Positions 23,110-36,824 of a stretch of 64,000 bases of DNA are shown piece by piece; the first letter of the stretch is position 1; every line of letters begins with the position of its first letter. The stretch comes from Nemertoderma westbladi (lineage: Eukaryota > Animalia > Xenacoelomorpha), in assembly GCA_032718475.1 (NCBI GenBank), contig JAUCBJ010008092.1, positions 1 to 64,000 on the forward strand. The letters run 5' to 3'. The position numbers and the translations under genes are program-made. Below the pieces are notes generated by a model. That model was given only the letters and a program-made list of their open reading frames with translations. It did no database searches and had not been told where the DNA came from.

Positions 23110-23968
23110 ATAGGTATGTCCCTACGCCATACATTCAGACATTTTACTATGTAGGCTTATTTCCAATATATCCAGTATGTCACCGCGTCATTATTATTAG
23201 GTTACTCTAGATAGTTTAAGTGCATAACTACTAATAATTCCGTACAAATAAATAAAATTAGATTCGCCATTGTTCATAATTAGCACTTTAAAGCTTTTAC
23301 GGCCCTCGTTCAATTAAACCTCACAAAATCACTCGTACCATAACATTTATAAAGTGCTATTTCAGTATTTTATGAACAATGACGTAGCGACGTAGGCCTA
23401 TATATTTATTAAACAACTAGTATAATTTAGGAAATGCACTAAACTACTAAATCCGATCGGCGTGGCGGCATCGATTATAAAATGTGGGCAGTCCAAATCA
23501 ATGAAAGTGGTGTTGGTGTGGATATGCTGGCTGATATGATAACCCATGAAACCCGAACCGCCGAACGGTGATCTCAAGGCTCTACGCACGCTGGGCAGCT
23601 GGATGCTTTTTAGTACCGGTACGATTGTTTAACACAACTATATTAGGCAACCAACAACAACTACAGTAAAACAACTAAAAATTACTGAATTAATAGACCA
23701 GATATAAATAGGCCTACATCAGCGACTACTGGATTACCGTACCTTGCCACTTGTTCTGTCCGTTATCATTGTTAGCGTTTTGTTGAATTACCCACACCCA
23801 CTCATTCTCAGACTCTTCCCATGACGAGCATTAGCCCTAACCGTTGGTCAATTGCGATTCCTCCTTGACTGGAAACGTCAGATTCGGCCCATACAAACTG
23901 AGAAAATCCTGAAGTCATTCTCCTCCATGTCTGAACCCATCCAATCATTAGATCTATGTATCAGTACG

Positions 23969-25023
23969 TGTTGGATTATTTCACTACTAGGTAGCTATTT
24001 GTAATTAGTAGTATGTAAAAAACTCCAGTAGGTTAGTAGGTTAGCGCGCAGGTTACACATGAGGTAGGTTGAGAGTTCGAATCCAGGTCAGTAAAATTTA
24101 TATTTTGTGCAATTTATTTTCAGTTTCGTTAAGTTGAATAAGCCAATGGAGTGTGTACAACACATGAACAGATTAGTTGGGCCAATCGTAGGGCGTTTGA
24201 TGATTTATTGGTCCAATGTGAGCCCATGGAATGTGGTAGAATGTTCTAGTGCGATTCTATGCTTGGGATTTACTATATAAAGTGCCGTTTGCCCTTCGGT
24301 TATCACTTAACCTTAATCTTAGTTATCAACCTACTAGTTATCACCTTATCAGCTTAATTAATTAGTTACTACTTCTTTGTTATTCTGATTTATGAAAGTT
24401 AGTTTAGTTGATAAATCATTTGTTATTTTACATTAAAAATATACATCAAACTCAGAACTTTTAACGTATCTATCTTGAACGGCCATACGCTTAGATGAAT
24501 GGCTGCCTAAACCTTTAGGCCACAGCAACGCAAGGGGAAGGGATGTCCACGACGCATAAGGGAACCCGCACTATCTTCGCCCACGCCCATTTGGAAGCAT
24601 GACCCGATTGCCTGAACGCGCCCATGTCACAGGAGAAAAGGCTTTGTTCAACATCTTTGCCCGCCGTAAGTCCTTAGATCAGGGTGAAGCGTGACGCCAT
24701 CCTGGGACGCCATAAAATTTAGGACCAAATACCTCAGATTCAGACAGAAAATCCCTCGGTCAACATGCACCTCTTACAGGTACGAGCGGATGCTGTTTGT
24801 TAGTACGCGCCGCGCAAGTACACTAGGTGCAAATAGCACTAATTTGCAATAATTTGGTGATTTGCCATACTAGCGTTACAGTACTGGTTAGCTCTGTAGG
24901 CCTTGTAGTTTGACGGATCTGTCTAAGTCCAAAGTATTTGATCAGGCAAGGGGGCAGCTTTCTGCTACCAGCATGCATCTGGCTAAGGGAGGTTTACAAA
25001 CATTCTACCTCGCCCTTACCACA
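23969..25023 (+). repeat. 5' LTR, family C
   Basis: TGTTGGATTAT...CTTACCACA. Colinear with 10563-11764, TATATAAA near 24275, and upstream of the gag start at 25963. Confidence 0.65.
24022..24110 (+). promoter_or_regulatory. tRNA-derived A-box/B-box module inside the LTR (second copy)
   Basis: TAGGTTAGTAGG (A-box-like) and GAGTTCGAATCC (B box), then TTTT. Same relative LTR position as 10691. Confidence 0.6.
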
Positions 25024-28000
25024 TACTGATAGGTATTTACTCCTGACCACTGCTGTAACAAAATTCTAGAATAAAATATATACCATATCAGCTAGTCGTA
25101 CAGTAGTAAATTAACACCATTTTTTCCTTATCTCACAATCAGAATCTGGTATCAGTCCCGATCACGGGCATAGGTACTAACACCGTAATTACCCGACTGA
25201 GTTGTGAATATAGGAGGAGAGAGCCCTTTTGATGTCAGTTTGTAAGTATTCCGCCTACAGCGCGCGACTAGCTTATTCAAGTAGCTAGCGCCCGGTATTG
25301 TCATTTTGTTAAAATCACCAAAACCTAGTCTAACAGCAGTACACCAAAATTGTTTTATCGTAACACACACACACGCGTCTTGAGATTTACTGATATTACA
25401 GCTAGGATTATTCTTATTCATAGAGATATTTGGTATTTGTTTTGTTCAGGCAACCTTTTGACTGTTTTTCTGTCGGCAGTATTTTTTCTTACGCTAGTGT
25501 CGTTGACCCGCTAGCTTGTATTATACCCATATAAATCACACTGGAGCAAGTTAACAGTATTTTAGGTCCATTAGCGATAGTTAGGATTACGTGATTAGTT
25601 AGGTTAGTTAGGTTTACGACTCGTGTCGTTTAAACTTATAGCACGGTATTACTCAAAATTTGTGGGTTCCAATGTCTAATTAATGCATTTGTTGGTACTT
25701 ATTTTCCCCTAGTCGTTGCTGTTTTGCCTTAATATTTCGTACTTGTTGATATATATTTTGGTAGCGTATACCGCTATCTCTCTTATTTGTACAGATTTAG
25801 CCGGTAGGCAAAATTATTATTATTTTATTATATACTACCTATTTTGATTTTATTTGTACCGGTTAGGGTATATATAGTATATATATACTGAGGTAAGTTT
25901 TGACATTTCAACATTCTGATATTTCGACATTATTACCCGTATTCGACATATATAATACAGACATGAGTGATACACCACACTTAACCAGACACCCACCTAC
26001 CGACTATGGCTCGTGTGATGCAGACAGATCAACAGTAGACAAACATAGGAGGACTCGCGATTCCACCGATGTCACACCTCGTGCGTCGCCGGTACCGCCA
26101 ATGGAAATACCAGAAGCCGTAGCGTGTGGCGACGGTAGAACAGAAGACTTCCTTACCGTCATGCAAACCAGATCGCGGGAACGAGACATGGTAAGTTCGA
26201 CTGGGTGCCAGGAGAAAATTATTAGGAGTATAGGAGGACATATGGCTCAGATTACTCGAAATATCGGATAAGGTTTTCGCGTCATGCATGAGCTATCTGC
26301 CCCGATGTCGAGATACGAGTTCTACGCCCTACAGGTAAGAGTAAAAGGTAGGGTACATGCCTCCGTAGATAAACTCAGAAGTTTACACGAACTCACGGAG
26401 TTGCATGGCGACAACTTTACTCAGGTAAAGATAATAGATAAACTGGTAAGTGCGAGGGAAAGTCTCATTCAGTTTAAGTCAGTTGTAGGATCGACTCAGA
26501 GAGAACAACTCGACCAACTGATAGGTGAGTCTGTTTCCGATGCATTGTTATAACCCAAAGAGGAAGAAGAACTATACTGCCTGGACGGGAGGTAAAGGCG
26601 CTTACCAATTTTCTCCGTAGATGCGGCATACCGATTGAAGAACCGGAAGTTGTACATAGAGGGACGACGGAAGTTCTTACTACGTAAGGCTCGCGAGCCT
26701 ACCAAATTCCACCACTGGATAGATCGTTCATTAGTGTACGGAGCGATGTCGGCGACATTAGTCGGACAGCGTCCGTAATTACTCGACAACAACAGGAGGT
26801 CGCACGCCGACAACAAGTCACTGAAGAAGAAATGCAATGGCAGATGCCACAAGTTGCTGTCGAGGTAGAGAGACTATGTAGGGATGATGTAGCGAAAATT
26901 GCTCAACTCCAGGCCCAAGCTGAATTTGAAGCATCACAGATGCGAAGACTGGAGGAGGACATAGCACGAGAAGCAGCCACAGCGGCAGCAGCTGACGAAT
27001 TAGCACGACAGGCAACTGCCGACGAGTTTGCACGACGGGCGGCAGCTGACGAGTTAGCAGGAGTTGTGGCGGCGAATGCAGCTGAGTTAGCAAGGAAGAA
27101 AGGGGCATCTGGCGCTCGTGCTGAGTTGGAGGCACGACAAATAAATGCTTGTTTAGCTATACAGGAGGCGGAGTTAGCGGCACAATAACAGGAAGCCGAC
27201 AGACACGAAAGAGAGATGCAGCTCCAGTTTGAACTAAATCACAGATCACGCGAGTTTTTGAATAAGAAAGAAAGAAAATAAGTTTAATTCGGAGTATAAA
27301 ATATAATTGTCAAGCAGTATATTAGGTACTATATATCTGTGTACAATTCGAATACGGTACGGCAGTACGGTAGGGCCTAGGCAAAAGAAATATATTTCAA
27401 CTGCAGATCGCAGCCATTATCAATCACTGAATCAGGTAACCGGTAGTGGTACATCTGTTGCTTAAATATAAATTCTTATACAGTATGAGATGAGATAGTA
27501 GTGAATATTGCACAAAACGAACTTACTACAGTACAAATTATTACTATTACCAAATAAACACATAAATTTTGTAAATGCAGTTTGTGAATGCAAGAGATGA
27601 TCTTGAACTCGACGCGAGAGATAGATCTATAAAGTCTCGAGCTGGACATGATTTGTCTGCCCTGGATTGCATGGAGACTCGATATTGCGGAATTCAGAAA
27701 CGAATAGAGGAAGGAAGTGTAGGAGCGATCGAACGGGGAGAGGAATTCGTCGAGAATTATTGCCAGCGTTTTCCCCAAGTGATTACTATGCTCAAACCCA
27801 CGAATCCAGTAAAACCTATCATAGTTGTGAAGCCAAAATAATTATCGCCTGTATGTGCAACCCAATAGGTTTGTTATACCGGAATCAGTTCCGCAACCAT
27901 GAGCAACATCATCGCTGATTCTAGCAGGTAAGGTAAGTAGCCCACCTACAGTTTGCCGTAATTTACTCGTAAGAAGAGATGAACCTGTCTTTATGACAGA

Positions 28001-30863
28001 AAAACAGCCGAGTAAACCGGTTCCAGCTAAACCTGTAATGTGTGCGAACCCTGTTATTTATAGACCAACAGTACCTCCTAAATCCGACATTTTTACTAGA
28101 CCACTCACTCAATGTGTATCGAGACCTACGACTTTATGCAAGGCTTGCAAGCCTACCAAACGACGGAGAACCATAGATGTGGGTGGGTAGTACCAACCGA
28201 TTCGAACCGAGTTTATCGAGACCTACAACTTCGTGGAAGGCTTGCGAGCCTACCGAGTGATGAAGGACAGTAGATTCCCAACCGCAACAAACTCGGCCAA
28301 CTAGAGTAATACACCGAATGTGAACCTGCCAACCACCGTATCCCGACGACAGCGATTCATCTAGCGATATGGAGTCGACGGAATGGGAAATATTCCGTAC
28401 TGGAGTGGCAGGCGATTACAAGCGGGAGGAAAGATTAACGAACCCATACATTGACAATCCTCCATGGGAAACACCCGTGCAGAAACCTGATCGCAACCAG
28501 TAGAGACGATTAGCACCAAACAACTCATTGAGATAATGCGACCCCTTGCAGAGAAGTTGGCTTAACTCAAAGAGCGGCTCGAAGCGCTGCCGTCGGATCG
28601 ATCGCGAGCCAGTGCGGAGTTCGAACAACCTCAACCTCAACCACAATGAACACCCTATCGGGAGCCAGAAGCACGGCAGAAACGGACAAAAACAACTGAA
28701 CGCTATTGCCGGCCAAGGACGCGGACAGCTAGATGTAGTTAACGAGATTGCTAAATTGCTAAGTTTGCGGCCAGACATGAATTACCGGCACAACATCCAC
28801 CGAAGTTCTCTGGCAATGCGAAACACTGGCGTACACTGGTAGACTATGTAGAGTCCCAGATCGCTATGTGTGCTTTCACCTCGACGGAGAAGTTCAACTA
28901 CCTGCTTCAGGTATTATCGGATGAGCCAAAGAGGTTGGCGGATATCTTTATTGGTGTTTCAGATTCCTTCGAGCTAGCGTACGACCGTCTATTTTCCAAA
29001 TATGGCGGTAATATCGCTATGGGTAAATCCATTATAGAAGACCTCTGTAGAGGCGGACCTTTTACGAAGCCCATCGATCTTCTTCGACTACCGTACGAAG
29101 TTACGAATGCTATAGGGACTTTGCGGTCCATCGGTCAACTCGAGTACGCGAACGCACCGACGGTTCTAATCAGGATTATCGGCCGACTCCATCATCAGTT
29201 GCGCCGAGAATGGTGCAGGATAGAGTTCCAGCACAAAGAGGCTGGCAGACTGTTGAAACTAACGGATGTCTACCAGTTGATCTTACGGGAGGCCGTAGTA
29301 GAGACACAGTCAAATTATACCGACCATCACATAGCGGCGGAAGGGATCACGATAGTGACACCGAACCGGACCAAACAATTTCCGACGAATGCGAAAGCCG
29401 TAACTTACGCTACACCAACAGATACTTCCAAAGTTCTGACACCCATTAGCGCCAACCAGTCGTGACAGCAGCTGTCTGCAGACTTCACTGGATGCCAGTT
29501 TTGCGAATGGAATGGTGGACGATACAACGGACACAAGTTGCGCGGATGTCGTGCCTTTATCTAGGAGTGGAGGAGAGAAGGCTCCAGATCCATCCGTTGG
29601 ATTCTTGTTAGAGATGTACCATGCCTTGCCTGGGCACGCCCAGAAGGACTGTCTGAGCAACGATACTTTTCCTCTGTGTGGACGCAACCATGATGTGTTG
29701 CTCCACACTACTAGCCATACTCCGACTAAGCGTTTTCGATGCGAACATCCAGATAAAGCGGCAAAATGCGACACGCCTTATAAAGAGCGCGCGCCGCGAG
29801 AAGTCTGTACCTTCTATGCGGACTACGTAGACCAATCAGGATCATCGGATGATAAGGCGATAGGGCGATACCCGTTACAAGGGTCAAGCTGACTTTGGAT
29901 ACCCTTCTTTCCAAAGCAGAGCATAGTAGAGAGGAACGCTCATTACTTCCGGTAAGAAACCTTACGTTCGCGGCCACAAAGGACTTTAGTAATTTACTGG
30001 GTCCTGTGCTAGAACAATCTCCAGAAGATCGTAAGTATTTCCGACACCTTGGATTACCGGAATGTCCAGTTAACTATCGCTCAATTGTGATGTTGATTGG
30101 GACAGATCAGTTCAACTTGCATCAAGTGTAGGAGACACGCCCATCTGTGGTAACAGCGGGCAACCCTTACACTTGTAGAACTCCTATAGGTTGGTATACA
30201 AGAACGCCTATGCATTCACTAGAGTTAAGTGATCAGGAGGATGACGTATTAAGTACTTATAGTCTGTTAACTACTATGTTAGTAGCTTCTCCTTCACATC
30301 ACTGTGGTCCCACTGGACAGTCAGTACCACAACAGACTTATGTCGCCACAGACACTAATGTAACTGACTTGGATGAGACCAAACAAACCTCTACCTTACA
30401 GCTACTTGCAGTGGAACAGGTTGGATCAACGAACGAGGATCTTGGAAGGCTTACGAGCCTACCGATAGATCCTACCTCCTCACCACGTTTCGATGCTAAC
30501 TAGTGACACCGAAGGCTTGCGAGCCTACCAGTGACATTGACGCTAGCCATTACAGCCAATGACGATGTAGACGAGGACCATGGCGCAGTGCAAGCAGCGC
30601 TTGACACATTAATGACTAAGAAAACCATTAAGTGGTTGGAACAGGACTCAGCAGAACCATGAGGTTATGAGACCGCTATGTCAGAACAGGAAAACGGTCT
30701 TTAAAGATTATGAAGGATACCACTCGCCAGAACGCGAATAGCTACTACGAAGTTGGGATGTTGTGGCGCCATGGACAACCTAAGCTCATCAACAACTACC
30801 CTCTTGCCTTGAAGCGACTTAATTCGATACAGCAGCGGTTGTATTGTGCAGCCCATATGCAAT

Positions 30864-32820
30864 GATGATTACCTCCCTCTTTTTATTGGCTGATAAATGT
30901 AATAGAAAAAAACAAATATTAGGCACGAGACGAGATCACAAAATACGAATACAAACACAAAACAATTAAAAACTATACTTTGTTAATCAAGTATTTAGTA
31001 TTTGATGTATATTAAAATGTTTTATTACTTGAAGGGGCGGTTGCTGGTTGCCTAGTAATAGGCCATTGAGGGCAGCCCTGCGCCGTCCTCCAGGCCCAGT
31101 CCGCTGCGCCAATTCACCCGGGATCCACGGAGGCAGTGGGAAGCCCCGCGGATAATGGCGAGTTGGACTCGGGTCCGGATCCAGCCCATTACCACACTGT
31201 AGGGTTTCCCCTACGCGTGATGCAGCCTCTCCGCAAAGGTCCGGAGCAGTTTGTTGGCCTGTGGAGCCACGATCCCATCGCACGAGGCGACAAACGGGGA
31301 GAAGTTGCCACGACGATCAGAAACGGCGTCGGCATAGATCCGCTTCTTAGCATCCTCAGCGGACTCGAGAACACTCATTGGGGCATGGCTTGAGTAAGAC
31401 CCGTCAAGGTTCATTACCTTTATATCAATCAACGCCTGGGTCTGACTCTCAAACGCGCCCCGAATCCCGATGTCGCACCGTAGCCCCGCCTTGTCCTCAA
31501 TCCCCGCCTGTTCCCGGATGATGGGTTCCAACACCACGTTGTGTGAGCCGAACGGCTGGGCCGCGATGTTCCCCACGAGGTCCCGCAGCTCATTATGCCT
31601 CTGTATTACGAGGCCGCCTTTCTTACAATTTAACCCATGGTTAATGTCGAAGGCGGCCCCGCATCTGTCACAGCGGCTTGGAACCGATGCTAAGGGATGG
31701 CCATACCGGATGGCCATCGCGTCCCTGAACTCCTGGGGCGAAAGATCCAGCTGGTGTTCCGATATCAGGAGGGAGGAGATCTACCCACCCGAGCGGTAGT
31801 CCGCAGCGCGTTGGATAGTCCTTCGCCGGTCTTTAGGCATCTCCTCCACCGCTTCCTTATACTGGTCTTCCTCGCGGGCCAGCTGTTCTACCCGCCCAGC
31901 CTTCCTTGCATATTGGAGGCATTCTAGATGTCCCGCCAGAGAGAATTCGTCGTCGCCCAGGATTGCCCGTGATAGGGCTCGCGTTCCACTTTGTGACACC
32001 CTGTAGGAAATGGCGGCCTCTGTGACGGGGTTGCGTAGGCCCATGCCGCCAGTGCGAGGGGACAGGGCAAAGAAGCTACGTTCCTTCACTGACACATCTC
32101 CATTGAGAACGGCTGGGAGGAACTTCTCCACGATGGCGCGCTCCAGGTCCTCAAACTCAAGGCTACAGTTAGGTGTGACGCGCTGGAGATATGGTCATTC
32201 TCTTTGCAGAGAACAGGCCATCGCTGCGAATGCGATCTGCGGCTGGGCCTCAGCCATCTCAGACAGTTTATCGACAGAAGCGACCCACACTGCTACCTTC
32301 GCCCCTACAAACGTCTTCTGGTCGTCCGTCCCACCAATAAACCCCCCGAGGAAGCGGTGTCCCGTTACGATATTGATGGGGTGACCCGCGAAAACCCTGT
32401 TAGCCTCATCCAGAAAGGCTTCGTCAACCAACTACAAGGAAGCATTTCGTAGGCTCTGGGTAGTAGCCGAGTGTGGGGCCGTGATGCTGCAGCAGGAGGA
32501 ACCAGTCAAGAACATATTCTAGCTTTCCTGCTGCCGCGGAGTCATCGGCATACCAGTTCTGGCGAGTCTTGGTGCTTCTTAGACAACGAATAAGAGGGAG
32601 TGCACCCGATGCATAGAACGGCATTGCTAATGGGTCACCCTGCGTGGCCCCTTCCTCGTTGAACAGCACCTACTCTGTTCCGCGGACTATGAGGATGCTG
32701 TGAACCCGGTAACGTTGAACAAGAACAGTGAACACCGGGGCCACAGTTGGCGGACGTTCCACAGAGCTGCCGTTCTGTTTAGTGCATTGAATGTATTTGA
32801 TGCATCCACCAGGAGAACAC
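30864..32820 (-). mobile_element. 5'-truncated CRE-clade non-LTR retrotransposon (RT plus restriction-like endonuclease) inserted in the BEL RT
   Basis: [39 protein letters not shown]...HGLNCKKGG...RHNELRD, RCDI...IDIKV...KKRIY. 12-bp TSD CCCATATGCAAT at 30852-30863 and 32821-32832. Confidence 0.88.
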
Positions 32821-34494
32821 CCCATATGCAATACAACGTGCAGCTTCAGACATATCTCCAAAAGGGATACGCGATCAGGATGACAAACCCTGAGGTAACA
32901 ATGGATCAAACATATTACCTGCCACATCATTTCGTACGGCATCCAGACAAACCTGGTAAGGTGCTTGTTGTGAACGACTGCGCCGCTCTTTACCAAGGTA
33001 TGTCCATGAATAGCGAATTGATGGACAGGCCAAATATGAACAATTACCTCATGGGAGTCCTGATGCGTTTCAGACAATGCAAGGTGGCTTTCACCTGCGA
33101 TGTAGAGGCCATGTTTCACCAGGTTAAGGCTTTGGAGCGGGACAGGGACAGTTTGAGGTTCCTGTGGTACCCGGACGGAAATTTGAACCTTCCGCCAGAA
33201 ACCTACCAAATGCAGGTACGAGTTTTTGGGGCCCGGGACAGCCCCAACTGCACCATGTACTCCCTAAAGCAGACAGCCTTAGACCAACGTGACAAGTTAG
33301 ACCCAGACATAGTTTGGACAGTGGAGCGGGACTTTTACGTGGATGATGGCCTCACGAGCTGCGACAATCTGGAGTGTGCTACAACCATGGCACATCAACT
33401 CCAGGACTGTCTCTCCGAGGGCGGACGGATTTCGCCTTGCCAAGTTCGCCTCCAACAATCCCGATCTAGTGAACTCATTTGACCCTACTGACCGTAGCGG
33501 AGGTGACTTAGACCTCGACTTAGAACCTCTGCCTACGACCAAAAGTCCTAGGACTCAGTTGGAACCCAAACACCGACAACTTCAGGGTGCGCGTGAGGAC
33601 CAACGACCAGATGAGACCTCTCACAAAGAGGACCTGCTTATCGACAATGAGTCGTTTGTACGACCCGCTGTGCTTATCAGTCCAGTGATCCTACACGCAA
33701 TGAACATACTCCGCAGCATTTGGCAGGCCGGACTGGAATGGGATGACTCCATCCCAGAAAATTTAGCTGAGCAATGGAGAGACTGGGAGGCAGAACTGAC
33801 ACTCCTACAAGACTATACCATACCGAGGGTATACTTTCCCTTACAGGCCACCTTTCCTGCAGATCTAGAACATCACAGTTTTATTGACGCTAACAAGGAC
33901 GGGTTGGGGGTTTCCTTATACCTACGTAAATAAGTGACATCGGACAGTTACGAGGTATGGACACGGACAGGTGTGTGTAGAGGTACGACATATGACAGTG
34001 CCTCGGGGAGAGCTTCAAGCCAGGACGATATCTACCGCCATCATCAGTCTAGTCCAGTGCGAGTTGGAGGCCAATTTGAAGGTCACATATTGGACAGACG
34101 CCACGTTGGTGCTGTGGTACATCAACAATGAGATGTTTCAGTTCATACCAGTTCAATACAGTTCGGTTTTGTGGCCAACAGACGGGCTGAGATTCTAGAC
34201 AGGTCGCTCAAACAGGACTGGCGTCACTTCCCAGGGAAACTGAACCCAGCTGACATTGCGTCACGGGGAATGTTACCCATAGACTTTTGTAAACCGGACA
34301 ATAAGTCCTTCTGGTTTAAAGGACCTGACTTCCTACAGCGACCATTGGACGAATGGCCGCTGCTATTCGACGCGACATCGAACCCCATACCGGAAGGTGC
34401 CAAGATAAAAATCGCCACTGTAGTCAAGTCGAAGGCAAAGGCTAATGCCAAGGTCAAAAGGAAACAAGGACGATTTAAATCAAATAACCTGGAC

Positions 34495-34910
34495 ACTCCA
34501 CCAGACATTATGCCAGACGTTTCACCAGACATTCTACCAGAAGTTCCAATGAATCTTTCGCCGGATGTTCCGCGGGGGATTTCACCAGATGTTTAGCCAG
34601 ATTGTTCACAAGACGTTTCACCAGATTGTTCGCCAGACTGTCCACCAGATTATTCTCCGGATTCTTCACCAGTCTGCTTTCTGGACCTTTCGGACTGTCA
34701 ACCGGACTTTCCACCAGACATCTCACCATACTGTCAACCAGATTCTGACCAGACATTCTCCCAGACGTTACCCCAGACTTTCTACCAGACGTACGACAGA
34801 ACATTTCGCTGGATGTTCCACGATATGTTTCACCAGACGCCTCACCAGACTGTTGCCAGATGTTTCACCAGACTGTTCACCAGACTATACACCAGACATT
34901 CTACCAGAAT
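34495..34910 (+). repeat. 12-bp coding minisatellite (PDxx repeats) within BEL pol
   Basis: CCAGA(C/T)NNNNNN units encode PDIMPDVSPDIL...PDCSPDYTPDIL between the RNase H region and the integrase. Confidence 0.8.
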
Positions 34911-35318
34911 GCGACGATGTATACTACAACATCGCAATTACCCCCATTGGGGCGGCATAGTTTTGACTATATAGGTATTAACAACTTACCTACTTTGACT
35001 TCCTTGAGTCACGATGACAACGGTGTGATTACAGGTATTACAAATATGGGTCGTGCCCATCAAAATGTAAATACAAGTATCACATTACGTTTAAGGAAAA
35101 TGCCTGACTTACAGCCTATGGCTAAATGTGTGACTAACGTTAGGAGACCCACAAGTCCAATGGAACCCACCAATCCCATAGAGTTGAAACCACTATTACA
35201 GGTCAACCCATCGGATGCTGATTATAAAGGTTAATTAAATTCAGGTATACTCCGGGGGTGGAGAATCTGTTGGGGGTGTAGAGGGTCTTGCCACGAGGTG
35301 TAAAAATAATTAAATGTT

Positions 35319-35359
35319 ACCGTATGCGCATTTCACCCGTTGCGGGCGTCCTCAGCGGT
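35319..35359 (-). ncRNA. Minimal type I hammerhead ribozyme (inverted copy)
   Basis: Exact reverse complement of 35452-35492. Confidence 0.8.
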
Positions 35360-35451
35360 TCATTGTTATAATATAAACATTAAAAATTTTTAAAAATTTA
35401 AATTTAAAAATAAAAAATTAAAAATATTTAATGTTTATATTATAACAATGA

Positions 35452-35492
35452 ACCGCTGAGGACGCCCGCAACGGGTGAAATGCGCATACGGT
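35452..35492 (+). ncRNA. Minimal type I hammerhead ribozyme
   Basis: ACCG-CTGAGGA-C-GCCCG(CAA)CGGGT-GAAA-TGCGCA-TA-CGGT. CUGANGA and GAAA cores are intact, stem I is ACCG/CGGT, stem III is palindromic, and the cleavage triplet is AUA. Confidence 0.82.
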
Positions 35493-36281
35493 AACATTTA
35501 ATTATTTTTACACCTCGTGGCAAGACCCTCTACACCCCCAACAGATTCTCCACCCCCGGAGTATACCTGAATTTAATTATGCTTACGCCACGCTCGACGT
35601 CAACCAGAAACATTAAACATTTGGATTATAAAGGTAAGATAGTGGAGACCAAGATTGTACTTTTGGACTCAGATAAACCCATTGTACAATGGGAGACACT
35701 CACCGGAAGGCCTTCGGGCCTACCAAGTCCAAACTAGTATCCACTCTATACTTATACCTTACCTGATGACGTCACTATCACTTACATCGACCGGATAGTC
35801 AACTTTACACAGACATGGACAGATGCTTGCCGTAAACTAGCTTGGCTCATACGTTTAGGCCAATATATTGAAGGCAAATGTAACTTTCCACGTAAATTGA
35901 CCTTGCCTGTGATTAGTAATAGTGAAATTGATATTATTCGACATTATCAATTGCGATATTTCGCATAAGGAATTCGCTGCTATTTATCAAGGCAAACAGA
36001 TTAATTCTTCACCAATACTGAGTTGGAGTCCAATAATATACAAGGGCTTACTTTGTCACAAGTGCAGACTCCAAAACATTGACTTCGCTATTGACTTTAG
36101 GTATCTATCATCATCCCGCAACACCATGAGTTACAGTGCGCTATGATACTGGACACACATGTACAACTCAAACATGTAGGTAGACATCACTGTTTATCAC
36201 ACTTACGCTTGAGGTTTGTATTAATTAGACCTAGTAATTCATTGAGTTCAGTAACGCGCAACTGTATTATCTGTAAGAAGG

Positions 36282-36824
36282 TTTTTTTGAGACGTTTTTT
36301 GAAAATTACATTTCATTAAATATTAATTGTAACATCTCTATTTTTGATTTACACCGGTTTTTTGGTGTTCGCAATTGGATGGAATTCATATAAATTGATT
36401 TAGAAATTTCAAACTTGTTTTTTTCGGCGGGTGCCAAATTTTGGCGCCAGCACCAAATTTTGAAATATGTCAATTTTGTAAATTTATTGTTTGAAACTTG
36501 TTTTTGGGGTTCTGGTTTCGATGAAATATATATGAGTTGCACCAAGCGTTTCAAACTTGTATTTTTCGTTGCTTTGTGCAAATTTTGGTGCTAGCACGAA
36601 ATTTTGAAAATCCATTCAATAGATAAAATTGCTTGTGACAATTTATTTCTTGAGTTTTAGAGGTTTGTGGCTGTTCTGAATTCAATGGAATATATAATTA
36701 TCGAACTAAACATCTCAAACTTGTATTTTTCAGAAGTGTGTGCAAAATGTGGTGCTAGCACCAAATTTTGACCCCCCCCCCCCCCGGTATTTGTACAGCA
36801 TTTTATAGCCCGGTACTAATAGGG
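36282..36824 (+). mobile_element. Truncated piggyBac-type MITE joining two BEL elements
   Basis: Matches internal and right-end sequence of 56383-58632 and ends TAATAGGG followed by TTAA (36825-36828). The left end is missing. Confidence 0.85.

Larger units (their letters stand above)
35232..35623. mobile_element. Penelope-like pLTR insertion: 348-bp palindrome plus 44-bp tail
   Basis: Perfect inverted arms of about 150 bp spanning 35232-35579. 12-bp TSD GATTATAAAGGT at 35220-35231 and 35624-35635. Each arm holds a hammerhead ribozyme. Confidence 0.8.
25963..36281 (+). pseudogene. BEL/Pao gag-pol (family C), heavily frameshifted and truncated in the integrase zinc-binding region
   Basis: Coiled-coil Gag, EKFNYLLQVLSDEPK (DUF1759-like), CGRNHDVLLH knuckle, RT YYLPHHFV...PDKPGK...CDVEAMFHQV...FGARDSP...FYVDD, RNase H region NPADIASRG, and CIIC just before 36281. 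Confidence 0.9.

Noticed and set aside
23969-24778. Solo LTR with a 6-bp TSD (AGTACG/GGTACG)
   Set aside because: The match is imperfect, similarity to the other family-C LTR continues to about 25023, and a gag follows.
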